A DNA stretch of 64,000 nucleotides from Deferribacterales bacterium (GCA_050253075.1 JBFWJS010000002.1:544001-608000), one strand, 5' to 3'; shown: positions 38,772 through 50,370, counted from the stretch's first letter. Notes: generated from the sequence alone by a model not told the origin. Numbers and translations: made by a program.

Positions 38772-40571
38772 TTATTCCGCCGAATCCGTCTTTTTATCGT
38801 TAATGGAAAGTCCGTTTCTGAACCAGACGTCCTGCTGTGGAAACAGGATTTCTATACCATGTTCTTTAAATTTATGCCAGAGGGACGTTAAGAAAATATT
38901 CTTAACCGCTGTTATCTGGAAGCCTTCGGACATGTTCAGCCAGAAGAGCACCATGAAATCCAGCGAGCTTTCGCCGTATCCCATGAACCAGACATCGTTC
39001 CCCTTATATTTCACCACATGCTCAGAGTCTTCTATCGCCTCACGCATCAGCTTCTGCGCCAGATCTATGTCGGAACTGTATGCAATGCCCACAGGCACAC
39101 GCACACGTATGTACTTATCACTTCGGGTATAATTGATTATAGTGTCTGATATGAATACAGAGTTCGGCACCATTATCTCGATATTGTCGTATGTCTGCAC
39201 AGTAGTGGCGAACATGTCGATTGATGCCACCCTGCCGAAGACAGTGTTGGACTGAACCCCCACAACGCTCCCCGCAGAACCCGGAAGCTCTACAAAGTCG
39301 CCTATGCGTATCTTTTTAGAAAAAAGGAGTATGAATCCGCAGATGTAGTTGTTTATAACCGTCTGCAGACCAAAACCTATACCTATGCCGAGAGCACCGG
39401 CAACAGGCACGACTATCTGCCATGTTATCCCAACCTGCAGCATCGTAAGCATAACGACAAACAGCAGACCTATATTATAGACTATGATCTCAAGGGAATC
39501 AGTATCGTCTGCGAGGGATTTATCCTCGAAAAGCACCCGCAGATACTTTGTGAAAAGGAAGAGCAGGCTCTTCAGAAATATGAATATGAAAACCGCAGAT
39601 ATAAGCGACAGTACCGAAAGGGAGAACAGCTTAGTCTCGAAAAGATACATCAGCTTCAGCCTTTCCAGAACATCGCTCATGTGCAGCGCATTATAAACAA
39701 GTATATAATAGATATAGACAAATATCACAAAGACGAATCTGGATGTATTCTTGCGTATCTGTATCCACTCCAGCTCTGTGTATATATCCTTCGTAAACAG
39801 CTTGTCCAGACTCCCCCTTATCTTATGCAGTGTATAGGAAAGTGCCGCTATCATCATGCCCATCAGGGCAACAGCCATCACCGCACGGAAATCCAGAGCG
39901 ATAATGTTGAATATCCACATGAATGCTATAAATATGTAGGCGACCATCAGCAGTCTTGCCAATGTGGAAAACATGACAAAGCGGGGGTATGTCTCCATCA
40001 GTATCTTAACCGACTGAGGCAGGACAGCCTTCATATATATAAATATACCCAGTGACATCAGCACCTTGGAAAGTGTACTGGCAAGGTCAAAGACACTCTT
40101 CATCTCCTTCATAAAACTGCCCGAATATATCACTGCTATGTCGGTATAGACAGACAGAGTCAGGGCAAGGGCTATGAATATAAGCGCAGGCAGATATACC
40201 AGCTTTATCTTCACTCCGAAATATTTCGAAGGGACACGCATAAGAACGGAAGCAAGCCAGAAGAAACCAAGATAATTCAATATTATATAAAGCGGATTCC
40301 TCGGATCTGCCTGTACGGCGTAATAAGTGAATAATATGAATATAAAGGGTGAAAGGATATAGACCAGTATGTCTACCCTTTGGCTTACATTTTTTCGTGA
40401 AACTACGAATTTGTAAATATTGATAAGCAGATAGCCTATGACAGCCATACTGACGGTGAATGCGAATGTTACAGGTTCGTTCTCTACGCTGGTGACCAGC
40501 TCCTTCAGAACAAAAACAGAAACTTTGATGATATTATCGAAAAGCAGATAAATACTCTGACTGATATCCAT
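38772..40571 (-). CDS. MscS-family mechanosensitive channel with extended TM region
   Basis: GALGIGIGFGLQ, IRIGDFVE, VPNS, VGIAYSSD, FPQQDV. Confidence 0.93.
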   Translation of the reverse strand: MDISQSIYLLFDNIIKVSVFVLKELVTSVENEPVTFAFTVSMAVIGYLLINIYKFVVSRKNVSQRVDILVYILSPFIFILFTYYAVQADPRNPLYIILNYLGFFWLASVLMRVPSKYFGVKIKLVYLPALIFIALALTLSVYTDIAVIYSGSFMKEMKSVFDLASTLSKVLMSLGIFIYMKAVLPQSVKILMETYPRFVMFSTLARLLMVAYIFIAFMWIFNIIALDFRAVMAVALMGMMIAALSYTLHKIRGSLDKLFTKDIYTELEWIQIRKNTSRFVFVIFVYIYYILVYNALHMSDVLERLKLMYLFETKLFSLSVLSLISAVFIFIFLKSLLFLFTKYLRVLFEDKSLADDTDSLEIIVYNIGLLFVVMLTMLQVGITWQIVVPVAGALGIGIGFGLQTVINNYICGFILLFSKKIRIGDFVELPGSAGSVVGVQSNTVFGRVASIDMFATTVQTYDNIEIMVPNSVFISDTIINYTRSDKYIRVRVPVGIAYSSDIDLAQKLMREAIEDSEHVVKYKGNDVWFMGYGESSLDFMVLFWLNMSEGFQITAVKNIFLTSLWHKFKEHGIEILFPQQDVWFRNGLSINDKKTDSAE

Positions 40572-40597
40572 CCTCTACCGCCTGTAATATTTTGATA

Positions 40598-40626
40598 ATA
40601 CTACACCAAACTAACTTTATTATCAA
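40598..40626 (-). promoter_or_regulatory. Putative mscS promoter overlapping a 10-bp inverted repeat
   Basis: TTGATA-N17-TAGTAT; TTTGATAATA-N17-TATTATCAAA at 40591-40627. Confidence 0.55.
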
Positions 40627-40705
40627 ATGCTGAATAATTTTCGACTTCCAAGATAAATGTTTTTACTATACCATTTTAATTATTAACTAAGGGGTGAATC
40701 ATCTT

Positions 40706-42376
40706 ATGGCAAAAAAGACTGTCGGTCAGCTGCTGAAAGAAGAGGGATACGTTACCGAAGAGCAGATACAAGTTGCTCTAGAAGTTAAGAAAATCAAAAA
40801 TATTCTGCTCGGTGAAATACTTATCGAGCTGTCATTTGTCTCGCCGAGGGAGATAGCCCTTGTGGTGGCGAAGCAGTCGGGGAAACCGTTCCTCGACATC
40901 AGCGAGCACCCGCCGAGCAAAGACGCTCTGAAGCTCTTCGACAGGCACATAGCCAAACAGCTTGAGATGATACCCATAGAGAACAAAGAAGACAGGCTCG
41001 TCGTAGCCCTTGCCGACCCTTTCAACATCAACACCATAGACATCCTGCAGCGTAAAGCGGGGAAAGAGGTCGCCGTCTACGTCTCAGACAAGGAATCCAT
41101 CCTTAAAAATATTGAGATCAACTATTTCCTTCTGGAAAAACCTATAGATGCCGAGATAAACAAGCTGGTCACAAAGGCGATGAATTCCGGCACAACGGGC
41201 GAACTGCCTCAGCTGCTGGAGCTGATATTAAACAGTGCCATCATATCCCGTGCGACTGATATTCACATATCCCCCGAGGATGTCGCAACGCACATCTTCT
41301 TCAGGATAGACGGCATACTGCGCCACTATTATGCTTTCCCCCAGCAGATGCACACTGCGCTCTCCTCACGCATTAAGATATTGTCAAGCCTCGACATTGC
41401 CGAACAGCGTCTCCCGCAGGACGGCGCCATGAGCCACACGTTCTTCGACGAGGATTTCGACATCAGGGTCTCCACCATACCCACCTACTACGGTGAGGGT
41501 ATAGTTCTGCGTATCCTTTCAAAGAACGTATCTCTCTTTAACCTTGAGAGCCTCGGCTTTGAACCCGACACCGAAGCAAGGCTGATGAAACAGCTTCAGA
41601 AACCACACGGTATACTCCTCGTTACCGGCCCGACCGGTTCGGGTAAAACTACGACACTGTATGCATCACTCAGAAAAATAAACTCTCTTCAGCGGAAGAT
41701 ACTCACCGCCGAAGACCCTATAGAATATAAATTCCCCTTTATAAAACAGACACAGCTTAACCTAAAGGCTGGCTACACATTTGCCCGTGCCATGCGTGCT
41801 TTCCTACGTCAGGACCCCGATGTTATCCTACTCGGTGAGATGCGTGATGAAGAAACAGCCGAAATGGCTCTGCGTGCCGCCATCACGGGGCACCTCGTGC
41901 TCTCAACACTGCACACCAATGACGCAGTGACAGCCATCCCGCGACTGATGGAGATGGAGATAAAGGATTATATGATAGCCTCAGGTGTGGGCGGGATACT
42001 GGCGCAGAGACTCATCAGAAAGACTTGCCTCTTCTGCCGTGAAGAGGTTTCCGAGCCTATCGCACCGCTCATCGAAAGGGGCATCCCCGAAGCAATGTTT
42101 GTCAAACACGGATACTCCCCCACAGGAGAGATAAAATACCAGAAAGGGAAAGGGTGCGAACACTGCCGAAACACAGGCTATTCAGGACGAGGCGTCATCA
42201 GCGAACTGCTAGACATCGATCAGGAGATAGGCGAGCTGATAGTAACGGGCGCCACACCTCTCACCATCTTTAACAAAGCCGTAGAGAAAGGTATGATACC
42301 TATCCTCGAATCAGGTTTGATAAAAGTGAAGAAAGGCATTACAACACCCGAAGAGATCCTTAGAGTGGCTATCTGA
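40706..42376 (+). CDS. Pilus/T2SS extension ATPase (MshE/PilB/GspE family)
   Basis: MshEN-like N-terminus, Walker A GPTGSGKTT, LRQDPDVILLGEMRD, TGHLVLSTLH, tetra-Cys CLFC/CEHC. Confidence 0.96.
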   Translation: MAKKTVGQLLKEEGYVTEEQIQVALEVKKIKNILLGEILIELSFVSPREIALVVAKQSGKPFLDISEHPPSKDALKLFDRHIAKQLEMIPIENKEDRLVVALADPFNINTIDILQRKAGKEVAVYVSDKESILKNIEINYFLLEKPIDAEINKLVTKAMNSGTTGELPQLLELILNSAIISRATDIHISPEDVATHIFFRIDGILRHYYAFPQQMHTALSSRIKILSSLDIAEQRLPQDGAMSHTFFDEDFDIRVSTIPTYYGEGIVLRILSKNVSLFNLESLGFEPDTEARLMKQLQKPHGILLVTGPTGSGKTTTLYASLRKINSLQRKILTAEDPIEYKFPFIKQTQLNLKAGYTFARAMRAFLRQDPDVILLGEMRDEETAEMALRAAITGHLVLSTLHTNDAVTAIPRLMEMEIKDYMIASGVGGILAQRLIRKTCLFCREEVSEPIAPLIERGIPEAMFVKHGYSPTGEIKYQKGKGCEHCRNTGYSGRGVISELLDIDQEIGELIVTGATPLTIFNKAVEKGMIPILESGLIKVKKGITTPEEILRVAI

Positions 42377-42377
42377 T

Positions 42378-43586
42378 ATGCAGGTATACGCTATCACCCT
42401 TCTGAACGACGAGGGGAAAAAGGTTCGGAAAATTGTCGAGATGGACGACGGCGACGATATCACATCATATATGAATGCCCTCGGTTCGAACATTATATCC
42501 ATAAAAAAGCTCCCCTCTTTCTACAGATTTCTCCGCCCGAAAAAGAAGATAAAGATACCCGAAGTAATAGAAGTAATAGACAACCTCCACATGATAGTGA
42601 AGGCGGGTCTCCCCGTTAACACCGCAATATCCGATCTTGCCAAAGATACTGAGAACCCGACGCTGAAAGATGTTCTCGACGACATCGCCCACAGGATACA
42701 GACGGGGATGACATTCTCCCGTGCACTGGGGAAGCATAAAAAGGTCTTTTCAGACACCACGATAAACCTCGTGCGTATCGGTGAAGAGACAGGACAGCTC
42801 GACAGCACACTGAAAGACGCCGCCAACAACATGCGGAAGATACACGACCTCATCTCCAAGACTAAATCGGCTCTTATATATCCCTCATTCGCCTTTGTGG
42901 CTATGATGGGCACTATGATATTCTGGCTGGTGGTGGTAATGCCGAAGATGATAGATGCTTTCAAATCTTTTCAGATCGATCTGCCGCCCACGACAAAGTT
43001 TATCATGGCTATGTCTAACTTCATGCAGACATATCTGCTGCATATGACTGTCGCCACTGTTGCGGGGGTCATGCTTCACGGATTCCTTCGCCGGACAAAT
43101 ATAAAATACCGCTTCATCACGGATAAGATACTGACAAAGCTGCCTGTTTTCGGCAATATCGTGCGTAATTTCAACTATGCATTCATCGCCGAATATATCC
43201 GCCTGATGATATCCGCAGGTCTGCCTCTGTATATGGCGCTGAGCATTATGGAAGACAGCCTGAACAACCTCGTCTATAAGAGATCTATCGAAAACTCCAG
43301 AGAGCTGATATCCGTGGGTAAGTCTTTCTCCGCCGCTCTCGCAGAGCAAAAGATGTATCCGAACATCATCCTGCGTATGGTGAGCATCGGCGAACAGACG
43401 GGTAACCTTGACTCTCAGCTGGAAAATGTGGCGAACTTCTACTATTACAAAGTGGACTACATAGCCACAAACATCTCAAAGATGATCGAACCTCTGATCA
43501 TAGGCTTTATAGGCATTTTCATGCTGGTCATCATGATAGGTCTTATGGGGCCGATATTCTCGCTTATCACAAATATGCCGACCTAA
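42378..43586 (+). CDS. Inner-membrane platform protein (MshG/PilC/GspF family)
   Basis: Two GspF domains: IGEETGQLD, ALIYP, IGEQTGNLD, MIEP. Confidence 0.96.
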   Translation: MQVYAITLLNDEGKKVRKIVEMDDGDDITSYMNALGSNIISIKKLPSFYRFLRPKKKIKIPEVIEVIDNLHMIVKAGLPVNTAISDLAKDTENPTLKDVLDDIAHRIQTGMTFSRALGKHKKVFSDTTINLVRIGEETGQLDSTLKDAANNMRKIHDLISKTKSALIYPSFAFVAMMGTMIFWLVVVMPKMIDAFKSFQIDLPPTTKFIMAMSNFMQTYLLHMTVATVAGVMLHGFLRRTNIKYRFITDKILTKLPVFGNIVRNFNYAFIAEYIRLMISAGLPLYMALSIMEDSLNNLVYKRSIENSRELISVGKSFSAALAEQKMYPNIILRMVSIGEQTGNLDSQLENVANFYYYKVDYIATNISKMIEPLIIGFIGIFMLVIMIGLMGPIFSLITNMPT

Positions 43587-43734
43587 CCGCTAGGAGCGGC
43601 CGCCAAATTGTAAGATGATTTTCTGTGCTGCCTCGCAGGACAGCTTCAATTGGTCGCCTGCATCATAAAGGCGCAAACATATGGACACGCAACACCCACA
43701 GAAACTAAACAATAAGACTGTCAGGCCTACCCGA

Positions 43735-44475
43735 CTAGAAGTTTATGTTGCCGAGGACAGGGAACCACATAACAAGGTATGAGCTGATGGTCTGCAGGCT
43801 GTTGGTAGCCATAAGAAGACCGATGATAACAAGCAGAACGCCCGATGTCTTTTCGACTATCATAACGATCTTGCCCGCTTTGCGCACACCGCTGAATACG
43901 AATCCCACGCCGAAAGCAGATATAAGGAACGGTATCCACAGTCCAAAACCGAATGCAGTGAGGAGCTTTATCCCCTCCCATACGGTGTCTTCGCTGGCTG
44001 CCATGGCGAATATACCCGCAAGGACGGGGCCGAGGCAAGGCGTCCAGCCGAAAACGAATGCGATACCTAAAAGAAATGCGTTGATATAGAAAGGCTTGCC
44101 AGTCTTCTGAGTGTAGTTCCACTTTTTCTGAACGAGCAGCCTGTTGATGCGGAAGACTCCCATCATGTGCAGACCGAGGACGATGATCACTATCCCCGCC
44201 ACCTTACCTATGATGAGTTTATAACTTTTAAGGAGCATCCCCACCTTTGTAGCGGAAGCCCCGAGGAGTACGAATACAAGCATGAATCCCAGTCCGAAAA
44301 ATACGGCACCGAGGAATACTTTAAGTCTAGCTGCCTTCTTATCGCCTTTTGAGAGTGTCTCTATCGACTCGCCCGACATAAAAGAGAGATATCCGGGCAA
44401 GAGCGGGAGTACACACGGTGACAAAAAAGAAAGAAGTCCTGCAAATAACGCTGTGTAGATTGATATGTTTTCCAT
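43735..44475 (-). CDS. ccdA: Cytochrome c biogenesis thiol transporter CcdA
   Basis: SFLSPCVLPLLPGY and FGWTPCLGPVL. Confidence 0.95.
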   Translation of the reverse strand: MENISIYTALFAGLLSFLSPCVLPLLPGYLSFMSGESIETLSKGDKKAARLKVFLGAVFFGLGFMLVFVLLGASATKVGMLLKSYKLIIGKVAGIVIIVLGLHMMGVFRINRLLVQKKWNYTQKTGKPFYINAFLLGIAFVFGWTPCLGPVLAGIFAMAASEDTVWEGIKLLTAFGFGLWIPFLISAFGVGFVFSGVRKAGKIVMIVEKTSGVLLVIIGLLMATNSLQTISSYLVMWFPVLGNINF

Positions 44476-44711
44476 TTACATTCTTTATAAATTTTTTCTT
44501 GATATTGCAATGATTTTTTTACATCATACTAGAGTACAAGACTAACAAAACATATAAAAGTTCATATATATATTGCAGATATATATTAAGGATAATTTTT
44601 ATTGTTTAATATTTTTTTAAGTTGAGTTGTTTAAATAATTGCGATATTATGTCGAAAATTTGAAACTTTTAGACAGGGTGCCTGTCTAGCTATAAACAGG
44701 AGTGAGGAATA

Positions 44712-45116
44712 ATGAAAAAATCCTGGAAATTTTTATTAGCCGCGGTTGTTTTCGCAGGCGCGATAGGCTATCTTTTAGTGTCTGGATTCAGCTCGGAGAG
44801 CGTATATTACCTTGAGGTTTCAGAGGTTGTACAGCATCCTGAGAAATTCAACAAAAAAGGTATGCGTGTCAGTGGTGACGTTGTCACAGGAACTATCACA
44901 AAGGACTTCAAAAAGCAGTATCTCGAATTCGACATAGCAGATGCTGACGGCAAGTCTATGAAAGTGATATACAATGGTATCATCCCAGATACTTTCAAAG
45001 AGGATATACAAGTTATCGTCGAAGGCCGTTACGACCAGAACGCACATGTATTCAATGCTGCGACAGTCTTAACAAAATGTCCGTCTAAATACGAGACAGA
45101 GCTGGAAGAAGGATAA
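44712..45116 (+). CDS. ccmE: Heme chaperone CcmE, CxxxY variant
   Basis: N-terminal TM, YNGIIPDTFKE, VLTKCPSKY. Confidence 0.95.
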   Translation: MKKSWKFLLAAVVFAGAIGYLLVSGFSSESVYYLEVSEVVQHPEKFNKKGMRVSGDVVTGTITKDFKKQYLEFDIADADGKSMKVIYNGIIPDTFKEDIQVIVEGRYDQNAHVFNAATVLTKCPSKYETELEEG

Positions 45117-45152
45117 TATCCTCGCATCTAATTTATTTAATAGGGAGAAATA

Positions 45153-47069
45153 ATGGGACAAATCGGTAATCTTTTTCAACTGCTCGGATTATTTGCCGGA
45201 GCTGCCGCTTTTGGTATGTATATTTATGCTATGCAGACCAAATCCAAATCTTACAGCAGGATGGCAGACTGGTTCCTGATCGCACAGGCGGCTTTTGCCA
45301 CTCTGGCGTCAATCGTACTTATTTATGCTCTGGCCACTGGTTATTTCAAAATGGAATACGTGGCTCAGTACACAGACAGAGCTCTGCCGTTTATTTATAA
45401 AATAAGCGGATGGTGGGCAGGACAGGCCGGTTCTCTCCTCTTCTGGGGATGGCTGGTTACAGTCTTCGCTCTCATAGAAATTTTCCGTATCAAAGAATAC
45501 GACATCAGACAAAGATCTGCTGTGCTTGCCGTAGCCGCACTTACAGCTACGTTCTTTTTAGTGCTTACAGTCTTTGTCACCAGCCCGTTTAAGGAGCTTG
45601 ACTTCTTCCCGCAGGACGGTATGGGTATGAACCCTCTCCTGCAGAACCCGGGCATGCTTTATCACCCGCCTACACTTTTCCTCGGATACGTTGGTTTCAC
45701 CATCGTTGTAGGCCACGCTTTTGCAGCACTGGTCAGCAGGGACACATCTTCCTTCTGGGCATCTGACACACGCAGATGGACACTCATCACATGGATATTC
45801 CTTACCATCGGTATCGTACTCGGCGGCGAGTGGGCTTATGTAGAGCTCGGCTGGGGCGGATACTGGGCATGGGACCCTGTAGAGAACGCTTCTCTGCTTC
45901 CATGGCTCACATCCACAGCTTACCTTCACTCTATCGTTATGTTTGAGAGAAAGGGCAAGCTGAAGATATGGTCACACATCCTGATACTGCTTTCGTTCCA
46001 GATGTGCCTTTTCGGTACATTTATCACACGAAGCGGTGTTCTCGACTCTGTTCACGCATTCGGAAAGTCATCGCTGGGATACTTCTTCCTTGTGTTTATG
46101 ATAGGTACTACCGTCATATTCCTTCTTTACCTCTTCAGGATGTTAAAGGAGCTTTCCGATAACGAAGATAAGAACTTCCACTTCTTCTCAAGAGAAGGTA
46201 TGTTCTTCATCGCAAACTGGCTTTTCGTTGGTCTCACACTCGTTATCATAATAGGTACAATGATGCCTATAATATCCGGCATCGTAATGCCTGATAAGAT
46301 AACAGTGGGCATACCATACTATAACAAAGTGTCTGCACCTTTCTTCCTGCTCATACTTCTGGCGAGCGGTCTTGCGCCTCTCCTCTCATACGGTATGACA
46401 GGGGGCAACGTACTGGTGAAGAAGATTGCTCCTTCTGCTGTCTGCGCAGTGATAGTTACTGCCGCTGCGGGTGTCATGGGTTTCACAAACCCTCTCTCAC
46501 TCGCATTGACAGCCGTGACAACTTTCTCACTGGCTACAATAGTCATCCAGCTCGGTGCTACATTTAAAAAGAGCGGTACATCCACATTCCTCTCTAACAG
46601 ACGCTACTACGGCGGACTTATAGTCCACCTCGGCGTTGTTATGATGGCATACGGTATCATCGCTTCTTCTTTCTACAACTCACAGGTGGATAAGGTTGTC
46701 GCTCCGGGCGAAAGCTTTGAGTTTCAGGGGCATACTCTGCAGGTGTCCGACATCCGATTCAGACAGGGCGGTAACTATACATCTGCCTATGCACCTGTTG
46801 CCATCATAAAAGACGGTAAAAAGCTTTATACACTCGCTCCGGAGAGACGCTTCTATGCAAAGAACAAAGAAGCATTTGCTGAGGTAGCCATCAGATCAAC
46901 CCTTGCAGGGGATATGTATCTGATACTCAGTTCATACTCCAAAGACGAGAATTATGTCGGCATACAGGCTGTTTATCAGCCGCTGATCGCATGGGTATGG
47001 CTTGGCTGTATCGTGATGATATTAGGCGGTCTATACGGATTTTCAGGACGGAAGAAACAAAATGTCTGA
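45153..47069 (+). CDS. ccmF: Cytochrome c synthase CcmF
   Basis: WAGQAGSLLFW, HPP, WGGYWAWDPVENAS, SVHAF. Confidence 0.97.
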   Translation: MGQIGNLFQLLGLFAGAAAFGMYIYAMQTKSKSYSRMADWFLIAQAAFATLASIVLIYALATGYFKMEYVAQYTDRALPFIYKISGWWAGQAGSLLFWGWLVTVFALIEIFRIKEYDIRQRSAVLAVAALTATFFLVLTVFVTSPFKELDFFPQDGMGMNPLLQNPGMLYHPPTLFLGYVGFTIVVGHAFAALVSRDTSSFWASDTRRWTLITWIFLTIGIVLGGEWAYVELGWGGYWAWDPVENASLLPWLTSTAYLHSIVMFERKGKLKIWSHILILLSFQMCLFGTFITRSGVLDSVHAFGKSSLGYFFLVFMIGTTVIFLLYLFRMLKELSDNEDKNFHFFSREGMFFIANWLFVGLTLVIIIGTMMPIISGIVMPDKITVGIPYYNKVSAPFFLLILLASGLAPLLSYGMTGGNVLVKKIAPSAVCAVIVTAAAGVMGFTNPLSLALTAVTTFSLATIVIQLGATFKKSGTSTFLSNRRYYGGLIVHLGVVMMAYGIIASSFYNSQVDKVVAPGESFEFQGHTLQVSDIRFRQGGNYTSAYAPVAIIKDGKKLYTLAPERRFYAKNKEAFAEVAIRSTLAGDMYLILSSYSKDENYVGIQAVYQPLIAWVWLGCIVMILGGLYGFSGRKKQNV

Positions 47070-47769
47070 ACCTCTTATTCAGTTCAGCAAAGTTAATAAG
47101 AAATACGGACACATCCACGCTATGCGGGATGTGTCCGTGTCATTTAATAAGGGCGAGTTCATCAGCATCTTCGGACCTAACGGTGCCGGCAAATCTACGT
47201 TTCTGAAGCTGCTCTGCACTATGACTTCCCCTTCCTCAGGCGATATCATGTATGAGGGAACGCCCCTTAAAAAGCTGAAGGATGATTTCCGCAGCAGGTT
47301 TGGCGTGATATCCCACCAGCCTTTCCTTTACTCTGAGCTTACTGCTATGGAGAACCTCCGCTTTTACGCAAAGCTTTACGGTGTTGAAAAGATCGACGAC
47401 CGCATTAAGGAGCTTCTCGATAAGGTTGAGCTTTATAAAAGACGTAACGACAAGGTGCGAGGCTATTCAAGAGGTATGCTCCAGAGACTCTCTATCACAA
47501 GGGCTCTCCTGCATAACCCCGACATAGTAGTACTCGACGAGCCATACACAGGCCTCGACACTCATGCATCAGACATACTTACTAAGATACTTATGGAGCT
47601 GTTCGACGAACAGCGCACCATACTTATGGTCACACACAACATAAAGCAGGGCTACGATGCGTCTTCCAGACTTGCGATAATCCGCAGGGGTCAGATAGTC
47701 TTCGACAGGAAGAAATCAGATATTGCCATAGACGAATTTGAGCATGCATATACAGAGGCGGTGAGCTGA
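47062..47769 (+). CDS. ccmA: Heme exporter ATP-binding subunit CcmA
   Basis: GPNGAGKST, YSRGM, LDEP; ccm context. Confidence 0.93.
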   Translation: MSEPLIQFSKVNKKYGHIHAMRDVSVSFNKGEFISIFGPNGAGKSTFLKLLCTMTSPSSGDIMYEGTPLKKLKDDFRSRFGVISHQPFLYSELTAMENLRFYAKLYGVEKIDDRIKELLDKVELYKRRNDKVRGYSRGMLQRLSITRALLHNPDIVVLDEPYTGLDTHASDILTKILMELFDEQRTILMVTHNIKQGYDASSRLAIIRRGQIVFDRKKSDIAIDEFEHAYTEAVS

Positions 47770-48446
47770 TGAACTATTTAGGATCAATTCTCGCCATTGT
47801 GCGCAAGGACATCTTACATGAGCTTAAATCAAGAGAGATAGTGGTCTCTATGCTGCTTTTCTCTGTGCTTACTGTTGTGGTATTCAGTTTTATATTCGAA
47901 CCAGGCTCAGAATTCAAGAATCGTGTCGTGGGCGGCATACTCTGGATGTCTGTTATTTTTGCAGGTCTGCTCGGACTTAATAAATCCATGATGAGCGAGA
48001 TCAGCGGAGGAAACTTTTCCGCACTTCTCCTTGCTCCGGTGGACAGGTCTGCTATATTTTTCGGTAAAGCTATAAGCAACTTCCTATTTATGGCAGTTGT
48101 GGAGGCTATCACCATACCTCTTTTCATGATTTTATATAACATCCAGATATTCAACTCCGGCCCCATGCCGCTGGCAGTTTTCTTTATGGGGACTTATGGG
48201 TTTGCCATATTAGGAACACTTTTTTCTATCATTTCCGTGAGCACACGGACACGTGAAGTTATGCTTCCGCTGCTCCTGCTCCCTGTTATGGTTCCTGTTA
48301 TACTTGCATCCGTGCAGGCTCTGAATATCTATATCTTAGGGCTCGACATAGCTGAGTCTTATAAATGGTTGAAGCTTCTCGCCGTATTCGATATTATATT
48401 TACAGTAGTTGTTTTCGCAGTATTTGATTTCATAGTAGAGGATTAA
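47769..48446 (+). CDS. ccmB: Heme exporter permease CcmB
   Basis: Six TM segments, LPLLLLPVMVPV; ccm context. Confidence 0.93.
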   Translation: MNYLGSILAIVRKDILHELKSREIVVSMLLFSVLTVVVFSFIFEPGSEFKNRVVGGILWMSVIFAGLLGLNKSMMSEISGGNFSALLLAPVDRSAIFFGKAISNFLFMAVVEAITIPLFMILYNIQIFNSGPMPLAVFFMGTYGFAILGTLFSIISVSTRTREVMLPLLLLPVMVPVILASVQALNIYILGLDIAESYKWLKLLAVFDIIFTVVVFAVFDFIVED

Positions 48447-48447
48447 T

Positions 48448-49104
<657 letters not shown>

Positions 49105-49108
49105 TACT

Positions 49109-49240
49109 ATGCAGAATTTTTCATACCTGTTTGCAGGATACACAGCTATTTTCGTACTTTTAGGAATTTACTTTATGATTCTCGGCTCTAAGGTCTCTGA
49201 CCTGGAGAAGCGTGTCGAAGCTCTCGACAGCGAAGATTAA
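49109..49240 (+). CDS. ccmD: CcmD (43 aa, below ORF-track cutoff)
   Basis: Manual translation MQNFSYLFAGYTAIFVLLGIYFMILGSKVSDLEKRVEALDSED; RBS GGAGG; follows ccmC. Confidence 0.85.
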   Translation: MQNFSYLFAGYTAIFVLLGIYFMILGSKVSDLEKRVEALDSED

Positions 49241-50370
49241 CGACGTAAAGCCATCCTGCCCAGCAGCAGAGTGGATAACATTATTACAGCTAGGAGCACC
49301 AGAAAGGTGTTCCAGCTGTAGTTTTCATATATCATACCCGGAACGACTGATCCCAGTGTCCCGCCTGAATAATAAAAAGAAACATACAGTCCGTTTGTAA
49401 CGCCCTTCCTGCTGTCTGCCATCTTATTTACATAGCCAGATGCTATTGTATGGCTCATAAACATTCCTGCGCAGAATATAAACATCCCAACGAACATAAC
49501 GTATATATTTGAGGATACAAACAGCCCCAGTGATAGCAGATACACACTAAGCCCAACGAATATCGCATTCACTTCACCTCTGAATATCTTTATCAGCTTC
49601 AGAGAATTAAGGGATGTGACAATACCCATTATATATCCTGTGTACATAACACCGATAAGCATCGCATTTGATGAAGGGTTTATCTCTCTCAGTCTGAAAG
49701 GGATAAAGTTCAGCACAGCGGCAAACATAAAGAACATGCTGAAGATCATTATATAGGTGATGAGAAAACGCTTTTGCGCAAGAACCTCAAGGGCTGCACG
49801 CATATTCAGCTTAGTCATTTCAGCTTTATTATTATCCAGCTTACCTATCATAAGCACAGAGGCAAGGAGGCTGAATCCGAGTATAGTAAACATCACACGC
49901 CAGTTGGTATAATAAGAGATAAGACCGGAAAAGAATCTGCCAGAGAATCCGCCTATTATTGTTGATGATATATAAATTGCCATTATCTTCTGTACGTTTT
50001 CTTTAGTCGTCATTGTAGCAATGTATGTCATAAGTCCGGTAAGTATAGCAGGTATCGCAAGCCCTTCGACCACTCTCAGTGCCAGCAGTAAGCTAAATGA
50101 ATTCGACACTGAAAAAACGAACTGACTGACGGCAAGTATGATGATAGATATCAGCAGCATCTTCTTGGCCGAGACAGACTCCAGTATATATCCGTAAAAT
50201 ATCGGAGATATACTAAGAGGAAACATCGTCAGTGTCGTAAGCAGGGCAGACTGAGACTGTGATACTTTGAAATACTCCATGATGATCGGCTGGATCGGCT
50301 GTGGAGCATATAGAGCCGAAAATGTAAGTATGGTGGTAAAAATAATTATACCGAGCTTTAACCTATCCAT
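49237..50370 (-). CDS. MFS transporter (YnfM-like)
   Basis: LYAPQPI, GGFSGR, GLYVSFYYSGG. Confidence 0.9.
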   Translation of the reverse strand: MDRLKLGIIIFTTILTFSALYAPQPIQPIIMEYFKVSQSQSALLTTLTMFPLSISPIFYGYILESVSAKKMLLISIIILAVSQFVFSVSNSFSLLLALRVVEGLAIPAILTGLMTYIATMTTKENVQKIMAIYISSTIIGGFSGRFFSGLISYYTNWRVMFTILGFSLLASVLMIGKLDNNKAEMTKLNMRAALEVLAQKRFLITYIMIFSMFFMFAAVLNFIPFRLREINPSSNAMLIGVMYTGYIMGIVTSLNSLKLIKIFRGEVNAIFVGLSVYLLSLGLFVSSNIYVMFVGMFIFCAGMFMSHTIASGYVNKMADSRKGVTNGLYVSFYYSGGTLGSVVPGMIYENYSWNTFLVLLAVIMLSTLLLGRMALRR

